This document shows positions 8,417-16,360 of a stretch of DNA of 47,469 nucleotides, one piece after another. Under the pieces are notes generated by a model that saw only the letters and a program-made list of their open reading frames with translations, was not told where the DNA came from and did not search any database. The DNA is from Candidatus Buchananbacteria bacterium (GTDB lineage: Bacteria; Patescibacteriota; Patescibacteriia; Buchananbacterales; UBA6539), in NCBI GenBank assembly GCA_013359225.1, contig JABWCG010000002.1, positions 1 through 47,469 on the forward strand, read 5' to 3'. The first letter of the stretch is position 1; each line of letters begins with the position of its first letter. The position numbers were made by a program, and so were the translations under genes.

Positions 8417-9640
8417 ATGTATACACATAAACTAATTGAGAGCATTAATAATGAATTGCAAAATTTATTGGATCAGGGCAAGTTAAAAACGGAACGGATT
8501 TTAACCAGTGCTCAGGGTCCTGAGGTGGAAATCAACGGTAAGAAGGTTTTGATGTTTGCTTCCAATAATTATCTTGGACTAGGTAATCATAAAGCGATCG
8601 TCAGAGCGGCTAAGGATGGATTAAAGGAGTATGGTTTTGGATTATCGTCAGTCCGGTTTATTTGTGGCACTCAGGATTGGCACCGGGAATTGGAAAAAAA
8701 GCTGGCTGAATTTTTAGGTTGTGACGATGCCATTTTGTATTCCACTTGTTTTATGGCTAACCTAGGATTTTTTGCCAGCATTATCAATGAACCTTTCGGC
8801 GCAGCAGAATATCAAGATGTGATTTATAGCGATGAATTGAATCACGCGAGTATTATTGACGCTTTCAAATTGATAAAAAAAGGATCAGTGGAAAAACGGA
8901 TTTATCCGCATGCTAATATGGTGGCGTTGGAAAAAATGTTACAGGAAGATGCCGATAAAAATTTCCGGTTTAAGATTATCGCCACCGACGGCGTGTTTAG
9001 TATGGAAGGCGATACAGCGCCTTTGTCCGAGTTAGTGGCTTTAGCGGAAAAATATCAAGCGCTGTTGTTTGTTGATGACGCTCATGGTGTTGGCGTTTTG
9101 GGAGAAGCTGGCGCTGGCACACCGCAAGCGTTGGGTGTTCATGGCAAAGTTGATGTTTTGAGCGGAACATTCGGTAAGGCATTGGGTGGTGCAGTCGGCG
9201 GGTATATTGCCGGCAAGAAAGAGATTATTGATTTACTGCGGCAAAAATCCCGAACATACATGTTTTCTAATTCAGTACCGCCACTAGTGGTTAAAGCCTC
9301 AATTAAGGCTTTGGAGCTGCTTGAACAAAATAAAAAGTTGCCGACAAAGGTCCAAAAAAATACCAAATATTTTCGAAGTAAAATAAAAAAATTAGGATTT
9401 AAAACATTGCCGGGTTCACATCCGATTGTGCCGGTCATGCTGGGCGAAGCAGCTGTGGCTCAGGCAATGAGTAAGCGATTACTTGAGGAGGGGTTGTATG
9501 TTGTTGGTTTGTGGTTTCCGGTTGTTCCTGAAGGCACGGCGCGGCTGCGGTTTCAGGTTTCGGCAGCACACACCAAACAGCATCTGGACGCCGCATTAGC
9601 AATTTTGGAGAAGGTTGGTAAAGAAATGAATATTATTTAA
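8417..9640 (+). CDS. kbl: 2-amino-3-ketobutyrate CoA ligase (glycine C-acetyltransferase)
   Basis: Alpha-oxoamine synthase family: NNYLGL, DELNHASIID, DDAHG, and the PLP lysine in SGTFGKALGG. Confidence 0.9.
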   Translation: MYTHKLIESINNELQNLLDQGKLKTERILTSAQGPEVEINGKKVLMFASNNYLGLGNHKAIVRAAKDGLKEYGFGLSSVRFICGTQDWHRELEKKLAEFLGCDDAILYSTCFMANLGFFASIINEPFGAAEYQDVIYSDELNHASIIDAFKLIKKGSVEKRIYPHANMVALEKMLQEDADKNFRFKIIATDGVFSMEGDTAPLSELVALAEKYQALLFVDDAHGVGVLGEAGAGTPQALGVHGKVDVLSGTFGKALGGAVGGYIAGKKEIIDLLRQKSRTYMFSNSVPPLVVKASIKALELLEQNKKLPTKVQKNTKYFRSKIKKLGFKTLPGSHPIVPVMLGEAAVAQAMSKRLLEEGLYVVGLWFPVVPEGTARLRFQVSAAHTKQHLDAALAILEKVGKEMNII

Positions 9641-9644
9641 ACGT

Positions 9645-10427
9645 ATGGAAACAAAAGAATTCAAACAATTTATTATTCAAGTTTCGGCTGAAGCAGGGGA
9701 ATACTTACGCAATCATTTTTATACCTTTAAAAATGTAATTGAACACGATGCTGGTAATCTAGTTACTAACATTGATCTTGAATTGGCGGAAATTATCAGA
9801 ACACGTATCTTAAAGAGTTATCCGGATCACCAGGTGATTGTTGAGGGTGATGCAGCCGAACCATCCGCTGAGTACGTGTGGCTGGTTGATCCGCTGGAAG
9901 GTAGTTCACATTTTTCTCGAAATATTCCGATCTATACGGTTAATATCGCTCTGCAACATCGGGGCAAGACAATTATGGGCGCGGTAAATCATCCGCAGAC
10001 CCATCAGCTATTTTTTGCGCTTCGGGGTGAAGGAGCATATTTAAATGGCATTAAAATTAATGTCTCTAGCCAGCAAGACGCTGCCTTGGCATATGTATTT
10101 GTGGAATTACCGGAAAAAAAGTTTAACCAAAATCCTGACTTTGAAAAAAGTATGAAGCAGGTTACTAACTTGGTTAAGCACTGCCGGCAGGTTGAAACAT
10201 TTCGGATTGGCTCGTTTGGGCAGTGCTTAGTTGCCAGCGGTTCCTTTGATGCCTATGTTGATTTGTCTTCAACCAGTCAATCGCTAAGCCAGGCTGCCGC
10301 GCAGTTGATTTTAAAAGAAGCCGGCGGTGAACTGATTGATTTAGGTACAAACGGCAAAGGGTTTGTGCAGGTGATGGCTACAAATGCCAACCTTACTAAT
10401 AATTTACAAAAGATCATTAATGAATAA
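9645..10427 (+). CDS. Inositol monophosphatase/FBPase-family phosphatase
   Basis: WLVDPLEGSSHF metal-binding motif plus the distal GSFDAYVD motif. Confidence 0.85.
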   Translation: METKEFKQFIIQVSAEAGEYLRNHFYTFKNVIEHDAGNLVTNIDLELAEIIRTRILKSYPDHQVIVEGDAAEPSAEYVWLVDPLEGSSHFSRNIPIYTVNIALQHRGKTIMGAVNHPQTHQLFFALRGEGAYLNGIKINVSSQQDAALAYVFVELPEKKFNQNPDFEKSMKQVTNLVKHCRQVETFRIGSFGQCLVASGSFDAYVDLSSTSQSLSQAAAQLILKEAGGELIDLGTNGKGFVQVMATNANLTNNLQKIINE

Positions 10428-11166
10428 ATTTCAAGTTATTGTTTTGGCTGGCGGCTTGGGTAAGCGCATGAATAGCCATGATATTCCGAAAGCATTGGTG
10501 CCGCTACATGGCCGACCAATGATTAGCTACCTTTTGGACGCGATCAAAGAGGCGGATGTTTGCGCCCGCCCGCTGATTGTCGTCGGTAAGTTAGCTGACA
10601 AAGTCAAATCAGCCTTAGGCCCGGACTATGATTATGCATTCCAGGCCGAACAGTTGGGAACCGGTCACGCCGTGATGGTAAGCCGTGAACAGTTGCAGGG
10701 CAGTGCGGAAAATATTTTGGTTTTGTATTGTGATCACCCACTGGTGAGCCCTCAAACAATCAAAAATATTTTAGATACTCATGTTCGCGAACAGGAAGTG
10801 TTGACTATGGCTACCACGGTGGTTCCCGACTTTGAGGGATGGCGCTTGCCGTTTTATGATTTTGGCCGAGTGGTACGTTCGGACAGTGGTAAAATTATTG
10901 GTATTGTTGAAAAAAAGGATGCCGCTCCCGAGCAGCTTCAGATTAAGGAAGTAAATCCAAGCTATTTTTGTTTTAAGGCTGATTGGCTGTGGACTAATTT
11001 AGATCTCGTGCGAAACCATAATACCCAGCAAGAGTATTACCTGACTGACTTAGTTGACATCGCCTTTGGCCAAAATCATCAGATTGCTTCGGTTCAGATT
11101 GAGCCAAAAGAAGCTATGGGGATTAATAGTCAAGAACAGCTTGATTTAATTTCAAAATTATTGTAG
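10420..11166 (+). CDS. GlmU-like N-acetylglucosamine-1-phosphate uridyltransferase domain only (no LbH acetyltransferase domain)
   Basis: VLAGGLGKRM, QAEQLGTGHA, GIVEKKDA..EQLQIKEVN and QEYYLTD match the GlmU N-terminal half. The protein is only 248 aa. The start was moved to ATG 10420 (MNKFQ). Confidence 0.85.
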   Translation: MNKFQVIVLAGGLGKRMNSHDIPKALVPLHGRPMISYLLDAIKEADVCARPLIVVGKLADKVKSALGPDYDYAFQAEQLGTGHAVMVSREQLQGSAENILVLYCDHPLVSPQTIKNILDTHVREQEVLTMATTVVPDFEGWRLPFYDFGRVVRSDSGKIIGIVEKKDAAPEQLQIKEVNPSYFCFKADWLWTNLDLVRNHNTQQEYYLTDLVDIAFGQNHQIASVQIEPKEAMGINSQEQLDLISKLL

Positions 11167-11277
11167 GATAGGTCAATCTTTTAAGATAAATCAGCGTGCA
11201 TAATCTGTGTTATACATGCTGATGTACCTTGAATTTTTAACGATTTTTGCAAGCTATGACGCAGGAAGGGTCGCGCC

Positions 11278-12315
11278 ATGAGAAAGCTGAGTCTGGTGGT
11301 TTTGTTTGGCGGTTACGACCGCTGGGTACGTTTTGGCCCGACTCGATTGCTGGAGGCGTCGATGTCTGGCATTTTTGCTGAGGTAGTGGCTGTCATCAAT
11401 CCGCCGTATGCGGGTTATGAAGCTATGATCCGGCAAACTCTGACGACTCGGTCTCGGCCAATGGCCAGCCGAATTGTCTTTTCACCTGAGAACAACATGC
11501 CGTTGGCACGCAATTTGGGTGTCAGCGCCGCAACCGGTGACGATATCATGATTTGGGATGACGACGACAGTGTTCATCCGACCAATCTACGAGTAGCGTA
11601 TCGTCGGTATGTGGAGTCTGATGCGAGTGTGATGGAAGTCGTTTTGACGCACTCGGACGAAAGTTCGTTTCACCCGCAGGACGAAAACATGATGCCGCAA
11701 ATGTCAGTTGCGCCTGACCTGATTGTGTTGGGTATGGTGCATACACCATTTTTCGTCAGACGTGACACGGTGTGTCGGGTAGCGTTTCCCGTTCACATGG
11801 CATTGCGTGGTGAATGGGTTGACTGGAGCACCAGGCTGTGGCGCGCCGGCATCCCGACATTTTGTTATACCGGCTTGCCGGTGGCGCGCGAAGGTGATCG
11901 TGATCGCGCTTCTGGTGCGACAGCGTCAGCCGGTGTTAACGGTAGCTCACTGAAGCACGTTTTTTCTTCAATGATGTTTCTGGCATACGCCTATGAATTT
12001 GAGCCAGACAGCTTTGAGGGAAAAATTCTTTTCCGTCGATATGTTGAACGTTATTGTCCTGATTGTGGACCTGATGTGTGGTGTGATTTGCTGGCATTGG
12101 GTCGGCAGTTGCGGCACACGTCATATGTGTTGCCTGGATATATGATTTTTCCCGGCGCATACCGCCATGCTGCCGAAGAAGCTTATGCTCATTGCCGGAG
12201 GGAACTGGCACTGGAAAGGGACGCTGCCTATCCGCTTGTCTACAACATTGCGCCATTTGGCGCGTTTAATCCGGAGCATCGTCAGGTGCTCGAAGCCGTT
12301 TTACAAACCGTGTGA
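11278..12315 (+). CDS. GT-A fold glycosyltransferase-like protein, family unassigned
   Basis: NNMPLARNLGVSAATGDDIMIWDDDD is a GT2-like nucleotide-sugar/DxD region. GGAAGGG lies upstream of the ATG. GC-rich. Confidence 0.55.
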   Translation: MRKLSLVVLFGGYDRWVRFGPTRLLEASMSGIFAEVVAVINPPYAGYEAMIRQTLTTRSRPMASRIVFSPENNMPLARNLGVSAATGDDIMIWDDDDSVHPTNLRVAYRRYVESDASVMEVVLTHSDESSFHPQDENMMPQMSVAPDLIVLGMVHTPFFVRRDTVCRVAFPVHMALRGEWVDWSTRLWRAGIPTFCYTGLPVAREGDRDRASGATASAGVNGSSLKHVFSSMMFLAYAYEFEPDSFEGKILFRRYVERYCPDCGPDVWCDLLALGRQLRHTSYVLPGYMIFPGAYRHAAEEAYAHCRRELALERDAAYPLVYNIAPFGAFNPEHRQVLEAVLQTV

Positions 12316-12376
12316 GGTTTGAGTATAATGAAGGGACAGGGATGTCCCTATTTTTTTTAGAAAAATCAACAATATC

Positions 12377-13597
12377 ATGAAATATACTTTTTTGATCCCA
12401 GTTCACGCCGCTAGAGTTTCCCGCGATGGGTATCGCCGCGGCGATGTTATGTATGATCATCCTACGCCGATTGACCAGGATGGGCCGCTGAATCGAACGC
12501 TTGAGTCTTTGCAATGTTTGGATCATGAAGATTTCAACGTTGTATTGTTGCTGTCGGCAGTAGCACCGGAGATTGCCGAAGACTCGGAAGCGTGGATTAA
12601 AGAAGTGGTTAGTCGTGCTCGTTATCGCCCTAAACAGCTGTATCTTTTTTCCCATTCCCATTTGGCAAAGTTAGCGGCGCTAATAGGTCCGGATGTAAAA
12701 CAATTCTCCTCATTACTTGATTTAGGAGGGTATCCCCAGGAACGCAATATCGGCCTGCTGACGGGCATTCTTTTGAATACTGATGTGGTAATTTGGTTGG
12801 ACGATGACGAACTGGTTCGGGATAAGGATTTCTTACAGAAGCTTGATGAGGGGTTTGCCCAGACGATTGAAAGTCAGCCGGTGCGGTTGATTACGGGTGC
12901 TTGTCCAGAGGGTGAAGCCGGCAGTCCGATTCGAGTTAGGCCAATGAAGCCGTGGATGAGATATTGGGATAAAATTCATTATCAAAACGAAACTTTCAAA
13001 ATTGTTTTTATGAGTGAGCCTCGCTGGAAGAAGACGCCATTGTCTCATGGCGGCCTGTCGGCAATTCATCGGGAAGTTTTTTCAATAGTGCCCTACGACC
13101 CATATGCTTTGCGTGGTGAGGATATGGATTATAATTTGAACGCCAGAATGTTTGGTTTTTTGTTTGTCGCCGATAATAAATTGGAGATTAGACATTTACC
13201 GCCGCCGCGGATTCACCCGAAGTGGTTAGGATTTCGTCAAGACATGTTGCGGTTTCTCTGGGAAATTAATAAGATCAAACATCAGGAGAAGGTTGTTGGC
13301 ATGAGAAAAATTACCGCCAGTGAGTTTGAGCCATATCCAGGACGATTTTTGCGTGATGATATTTATTGGTTAATTGTTCAGTCGCAATTGGTAATGGCCG
13401 GAGAGTATTTGCTGCGGGGAAAAATTTTTGATGCAACGATGGCGCTGTATAATATCTATCTTTCGCGGTTTCATAAGCCGCTGTCTCAAAACGCCTTCGT
13501 AGAATACTGCGCTTTGCAAAAAGTATGGGTAGCGTTAACTGATCGGGTCGCGAAAATAGCTGGACGCCGCGATGAATTATTCTACACATTTAAATAG
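12377..13597 (+). CDS. GT-A fold glycosyltransferase-like protein, family unassigned
   Basis: FLIPVH first strand, ERNIGLLTGILLNTDVVIWLDDDE (DxD) and GEDMDYNLNAR, a GT2-like acceptor-side motif. Confidence 0.5.
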   Translation: MKYTFLIPVHAARVSRDGYRRGDVMYDHPTPIDQDGPLNRTLESLQCLDHEDFNVVLLLSAVAPEIAEDSEAWIKEVVSRARYRPKQLYLFSHSHLAKLAALIGPDVKQFSSLLDLGGYPQERNIGLLTGILLNTDVVIWLDDDELVRDKDFLQKLDEGFAQTIESQPVRLITGACPEGEAGSPIRVRPMKPWMRYWDKIHYQNETFKIVFMSEPRWKKTPLSHGGLSAIHREVFSIVPYDPYALRGEDMDYNLNARMFGFLFVADNKLEIRHLPPPRIHPKWLGFRQDMLRFLWEINKIKHQEKVVGMRKITASEFEPYPGRFLRDDIYWLIVQSQLVMAGEYLLRGKIFDATMALYNIYLSRFHKPLSQNAFVEYCALQKVWVALTDRVAKIAGRRDELFYTFK

Positions 13598-13598
13598 T

Positions 13599-14849
13599 AT
13601 GCGCTATATTGCCGACCTTCATCTTCATTCAAAGTATTCCCGGGCTTGTTCCAAAGATTTGGACTTGGAGCATAATGAAATCTGGGCCAAGAAAAAGGGG
13701 ATTGGCATTGTTGGTACTGGCGACTTTACTCACCCGGTGTGGTTTAGAGAACTCAAGGAAAAATTAATTGAAGAAAAGCCAGGATTATTTAAAGTAAGGG
13801 GTACTGACGGCAAAGTGCTTTTTATGTTGACGACGGAAATTAGCTGCATTTATTCGCAGGGTGGCAAAGTGCGGCGGATTCATCTTTGTTTATTTGCCCC
13901 CGATTTAGCGAGCGTGGGTAAAATTAATCAGGCGCTTATTGCTCGAGGGGTTAATTTAAAATCGGATGGCCGTCCCATTATGGGACTTCATGCAGATGAA
14001 GTTGTTAAAATTGTTTTGGAGGCTAATCCCGAAAATATGGTGATCCCGGCGCATGCCTGGACGCCTTGGTTTTCGGTTTTCGGATCGAACTCCGGCTTTG
14101 ACAGTTTGGCAGAGTGTTTCGGCGAAATGACTAAACACATTCATTCAATTGAAACCGGTTTGAGTTCCGATCCGCTGATGAATTGGCGGCTTTCGGCCTT
14201 GGATAATATCACCTTGATTTCTAATTCAGATGCTCATTCACCGGCTAATTTAGGACGCGAGGCTAACGTTTTTGAGATAGACCCCGACCAATTAAGTTAT
14301 TTTGAAATTAAAAAAATTATTGAACAAAAAGATAAAAGTCGTTTTTTATATACCATTGAATTTTTTCCCGAAGAAGGAAAGTATCATCATGACGGTCATC
14401 GCGCCTGTGGTGTTAATTTCGCTCCGGCCGAAAGTAAAAAACACGGTGGGTTATGTCCAAAATGCAAAAAGCCACTCACTATCGGCGTGTTGAATCGGGT
14501 GGATGCTTTAGCTGATCGTGAAGTGGGCCAGGCGTCCGACGTTATTCCTTTTAAAAGCATTGTGCCGCTACCCGAAATAATTGCCGAAGTGCTTGGCGTT
14601 GGTAAAACATCAAAGAAAGTCTCGGTGATGTATGAGGAGTTGGTGGGTAAATTCAGTGAATTTGAGATTTTATTAGATCTTGATTATCCAACTTTAGCTA
14701 CCATAGCCGTACCGGAATTGGTTGTAGCGATTAAAAATGTTCGTGAACAGAAAGTTGAACCAGTCGCCGGGTATGATGGTGAGTATGGAATTATTAAGAC
14801 GTTAAAGCCTGGTCAGGTTAATAAACCGTTGCAGAAAGCTTTATTTTAA
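13599..14849 (+). CDS. PHP-domain nuclease resembling endonuclease Q (EndoQ)
   Basis: N-terminal ADLHLHSKYSRACS and VGTGDFTHP PHP metal motifs, SNSDAHSP, and a zinc-knuckle region HHDGHRACG...CPKCKK. Start trimmed to ATG 13599, 2 nt after the upstream stop. Confidence 0.6.
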   Translation: MRYIADLHLHSKYSRACSKDLDLEHNEIWAKKKGIGIVGTGDFTHPVWFRELKEKLIEEKPGLFKVRGTDGKVLFMLTTEISCIYSQGGKVRRIHLCLFAPDLASVGKINQALIARGVNLKSDGRPIMGLHADEVVKIVLEANPENMVIPAHAWTPWFSVFGSNSGFDSLAECFGEMTKHIHSIETGLSSDPLMNWRLSALDNITLISNSDAHSPANLGREANVFEIDPDQLSYFEIKKIIEQKDKSRFLYTIEFFPEEGKYHHDGHRACGVNFAPAESKKHGGLCPKCKKPLTIGVLNRVDALADREVGQASDVIPFKSIVPLPEIIAEVLGVGKTSKKVSVMYEELVGKFSEFEILLDLDYPTLATIAVPELVVAIKNVREQKVEPVAGYDGEYGIIKTLKPGQVNKPLQKALF

Positions 14850-14862
14850 TTTTAGACAAAAC

Positions 14863-14895
14863 AAAAACCCCTGTTATCTTTTGGCAGGGATTTTT
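14863..14895. terminator. Bidirectional terminator between convergent genes
   Basis: CCCTG...CAGGG hairpin flanked by an A-run on the left and a T-run on the right. Confidence 0.45.
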
Positions 14896-14909
14896 GTGCA
14901 TGAAATCTA

Positions 14910-15053
14910 TTATCGGCGACGTTTAGCAGCCTTTCTTTTAGCTGGTCGCTTTTTTGCTACCTTTTTAGCAGCCTTTCTTTTAGCTGGTCGCTTTTTTGCT
15001 ACCTTTTTAGCTGCTGGTCTTTTCTTTGCAGCTTTTCTTTTTCGTGCTGGCAT
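14910..15053 (-). CDS. 47-aa lysine/alanine/arginine-rich histone-H1-like basic protein (absent from the ORF track)
   Basis: Translates to MPARKRKAAKKRPAAKKVAKKRPAKRKAAKKVAKKRPAKRKAAKRRR followed by TAATAG. AAAGGAGGTG lies 8 nt upstream of the ATG. The DNA contains a 42-nt tandem repeat. The 69-aa plus-strand track ORF is its antisense shadow. Confidence 0.65.
   Translation of the reverse strand: MPARKRKAAKKRPAAKKVAKKRPAKRKAAKKVAKKRPAKRKAAKRRR
14922..15005. repeat. 42-nt tandem repeat, two full units plus a partial third, inside the basic-protein ORF
   Basis: The unit TTTAGCAGCCTTTCTTTTAGCTGGTCGCTTTTTTGCTACCTT starts at 14922 and again at 14964. A degenerate third unit starts at 15006. Confidence 0.9.
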
Positions 15054-15319
15054 TATACTTTCACCTCCTTTCATCTCCATGGTGGAGTAAACTTTTTTGA
15101 AAAAAGTTTATTTTTTGTTTTTACTTTTAAAAAAATTTATTTTTAAAAGCTAATTTAATTATAAAGCTTTTTTTTATGATTAACAATCTTTTTTTTGTCA
15201 AACTGTGGATAACTTTAATTTTTAAAATTTTTTTGTTTCTTATTTTTTAAAAAATAAAAATACTTTTTCAAAAGTATTTTGTTATTCATTAATTTTTTTT
15301 AAAAAAATAATGTCCCGTG

Positions 15320-15393
15320 TGGACCCGAGCGGATTCGAACCGCTGACCTCCTGCTTGCAAAGCAGGCATTCTAACCAGCTGAACTACGGGCCC
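15320..15393 (-). tRNA. tRNA-Ala (anticodon UGC)
   Basis: Cloverleaf folded by hand. Anticodon loop TTTGCAA, the G3:U70 alanine identity pair, T-loop GGTTCGAATCC. No encoded CCA. Confidence 0.9.
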
Positions 15394-15429
15394 ACACGAG
15401 ACACTATCAAGATGCTTTGTGAGTTGAAT

Positions 15430-15678
15430 TTATCCAGGGATGATCAAATTGGCAAAACCTTTCAAGACGCCTTCAATTAAGTTTGTCATAATCAGAAAGC
15501 CAACAATTGAGGCCGCCATTCCGATCAGTTTGTAGGCAAGACGGCTACCACCTTCAGTTCCCAAATACTTTTCGGCGCTCGGAATACCGCCAATATTCTG
15601 ATAAATCCAGTCAGCCTTTATGGTTATGGCAGCTCCGGCAGCCACCACAATTAATCCGAGAATAATTTGACCAATCAT
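15430..15678 (-). CDS. Small (82-aa) two-TM membrane protein, unknown function
   Basis: MIGQIILGLIVVAAGAAITI... plus a second hydrophobic helix. The track ORF extends to 15831 only by reading through two tRNA genes, so it was trimmed to Met52. Confidence 0.5.
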   Translation of the reverse strand: MIGQIILGLIVVAAGAAITIKADWIYQNIGGIPSAEKYLGTEGGSRLAYKLIGMAASIVGFLIMTNLIEGVLKGFANLIIPG

Positions 15679-15709
15679 ATATTTGTCTTGGCAATTAATT
15701 TTTATTTTT

Positions 15710-15786
15710 TGGTGGGTTCGAGAGGATTCGAACCTCTGACCTTCTCGGTGTAAACGAGACGCTCTAACCAGCTGAGCTACGAACCC
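15710..15786 (-). tRNA. tRNA-Val (anticodon UAC)
   Basis: Anticodon loop TTTACAC between TCTCG/CGAGA. GGTTCGAATCC T-arm. CCA encoded. Confidence 0.9.
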
Positions 15787-15790
15787 AAAA

Positions 15791-15874
15791 TGCGGACGAG
15801 AGGATTTGAACCTCCACGAGCTTGCGCTCACAGGCCCCTCAAGCCTGCGTGTCTACCAGTTCCACCACGTCCGC
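15791..15874 (-). tRNA. tRNA-Leu (anticodon GAG)
   Basis: 84 nt with a long variable arm (GAGC-GCAA-GCTC). Anticodon loop TTGAGGG between CAGGC/GCCTG. Confidence 0.9.
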
Positions 15875-15895
15875 ACAACAATTGAAGCGAAATAA

Positions 15896-16276
15896 TTATT
15901 TCGCTTCAACTTTTTTTTCTTTCAGTCGTTTTTTGCTGGTTCGCAGGTAGTAGAGTTTTGACTGGCGAACTTTAGCTTGTTTCACCGGTTCAATTTTAAT
16001 AACGTTTGGTGAGTGAATGGGAAATATTTTTTCCACCCCAACCCCTTCAGAAATTTTTCGAACGGTGATTGTGGCACCCGTCTGCTTGCCGTGCTTATGG
16101 GCCAAGATGATTCCTTCAAAGACCTGAATCCTTTTCTTTTCACCTTTTGGTCCTTGTTCGCTGATTTGTTGATGAACTTTTACGGTCATGCCAGGTTTAA
16201 GATCCGGTAAAGCTTGTCGGGCAACTTCTTTCTTTTTGTGTTCGACAGCGTCAGCCGCTTGTTTTTTATCTGCCAT
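15896..16276 (-). CDS. rplS: 50S ribosomal protein L19
   Basis: GMTVKVHQQI..EGKKRIQVFEGIIL..ATITVRK..GVGVEKIFPIHSP matches the bL19 family. Confidence 0.9.
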   Translation of the reverse strand: MADKKQAADAVEHKKKEVARQALPDLKPGMTVKVHQQISEQGPKGEKKRIQVFEGIILAHKHGKQTGATITVRKISEGVGVEKIFPIHSPNVIKIEPVKQAKVRQSKLYYLRTSKKRLKEKKVEAK

Positions 16277-16360
16277 ATAGTTGTCTTAAAATGATATGTG
16301 GTTAAAAATTAATACCCCTCAACTATAATCTAAATCGTTCCAAAAGTCAAGAGGTATATT

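Noticed and set aside
12266-12661. A 131-aa minus-strand ORF bridging the two GT-A genes.
   Set aside because: It is antisense to two well-supported plus-strand genes and to the short spacer between them. It has no SD and no recognisable motifs.
14922-15005. A 42-nt tandem repeat, considered as a possible mini CRISPR-like array.
   Set aside because: The units are directly adjacent with no spacers, lie in frame inside an ORF, and encode a repeated peptide. No cas genes are present in the window.
14881-15090. A 69-aa plus-strand track ORF with the repetitive FLAAFLLAGRFFATFL sequence.
   Set aside because: It is the antisense shadow of the minus-strand lysine-rich ORF. That ORF has a strong SD and a proper stop. 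The plus-strand ORF starts at TTG inside a terminator and has no SD.
15091-15319. A very AT-rich 230-nt intergenic region with palindromes and a perfect DnaA-box-like TGTGGATAA at ~15205-15213. Other perfect boxes occur at 4071-4079 and 41784-41792. I considered it as a replication origin.
   Set aside because: - There is only one box in the region, with no cluster and no dnaA or dnaN nearby.
- The palindromes are explained as the tRNA-cluster terminator and the promoter region of the basic-protein gene.
- Three scattered 9-mers in an AT-rich 47 kb is not compelling.
15679-15831. The N-terminal 51 codons of the 133-aa track ORF 15430-15831.
   Set aside because: This part is translated straight through tRNA-Val and tRNA-Leu genes on the same strand. 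Only the portion from Met52 (15678) is plausible.
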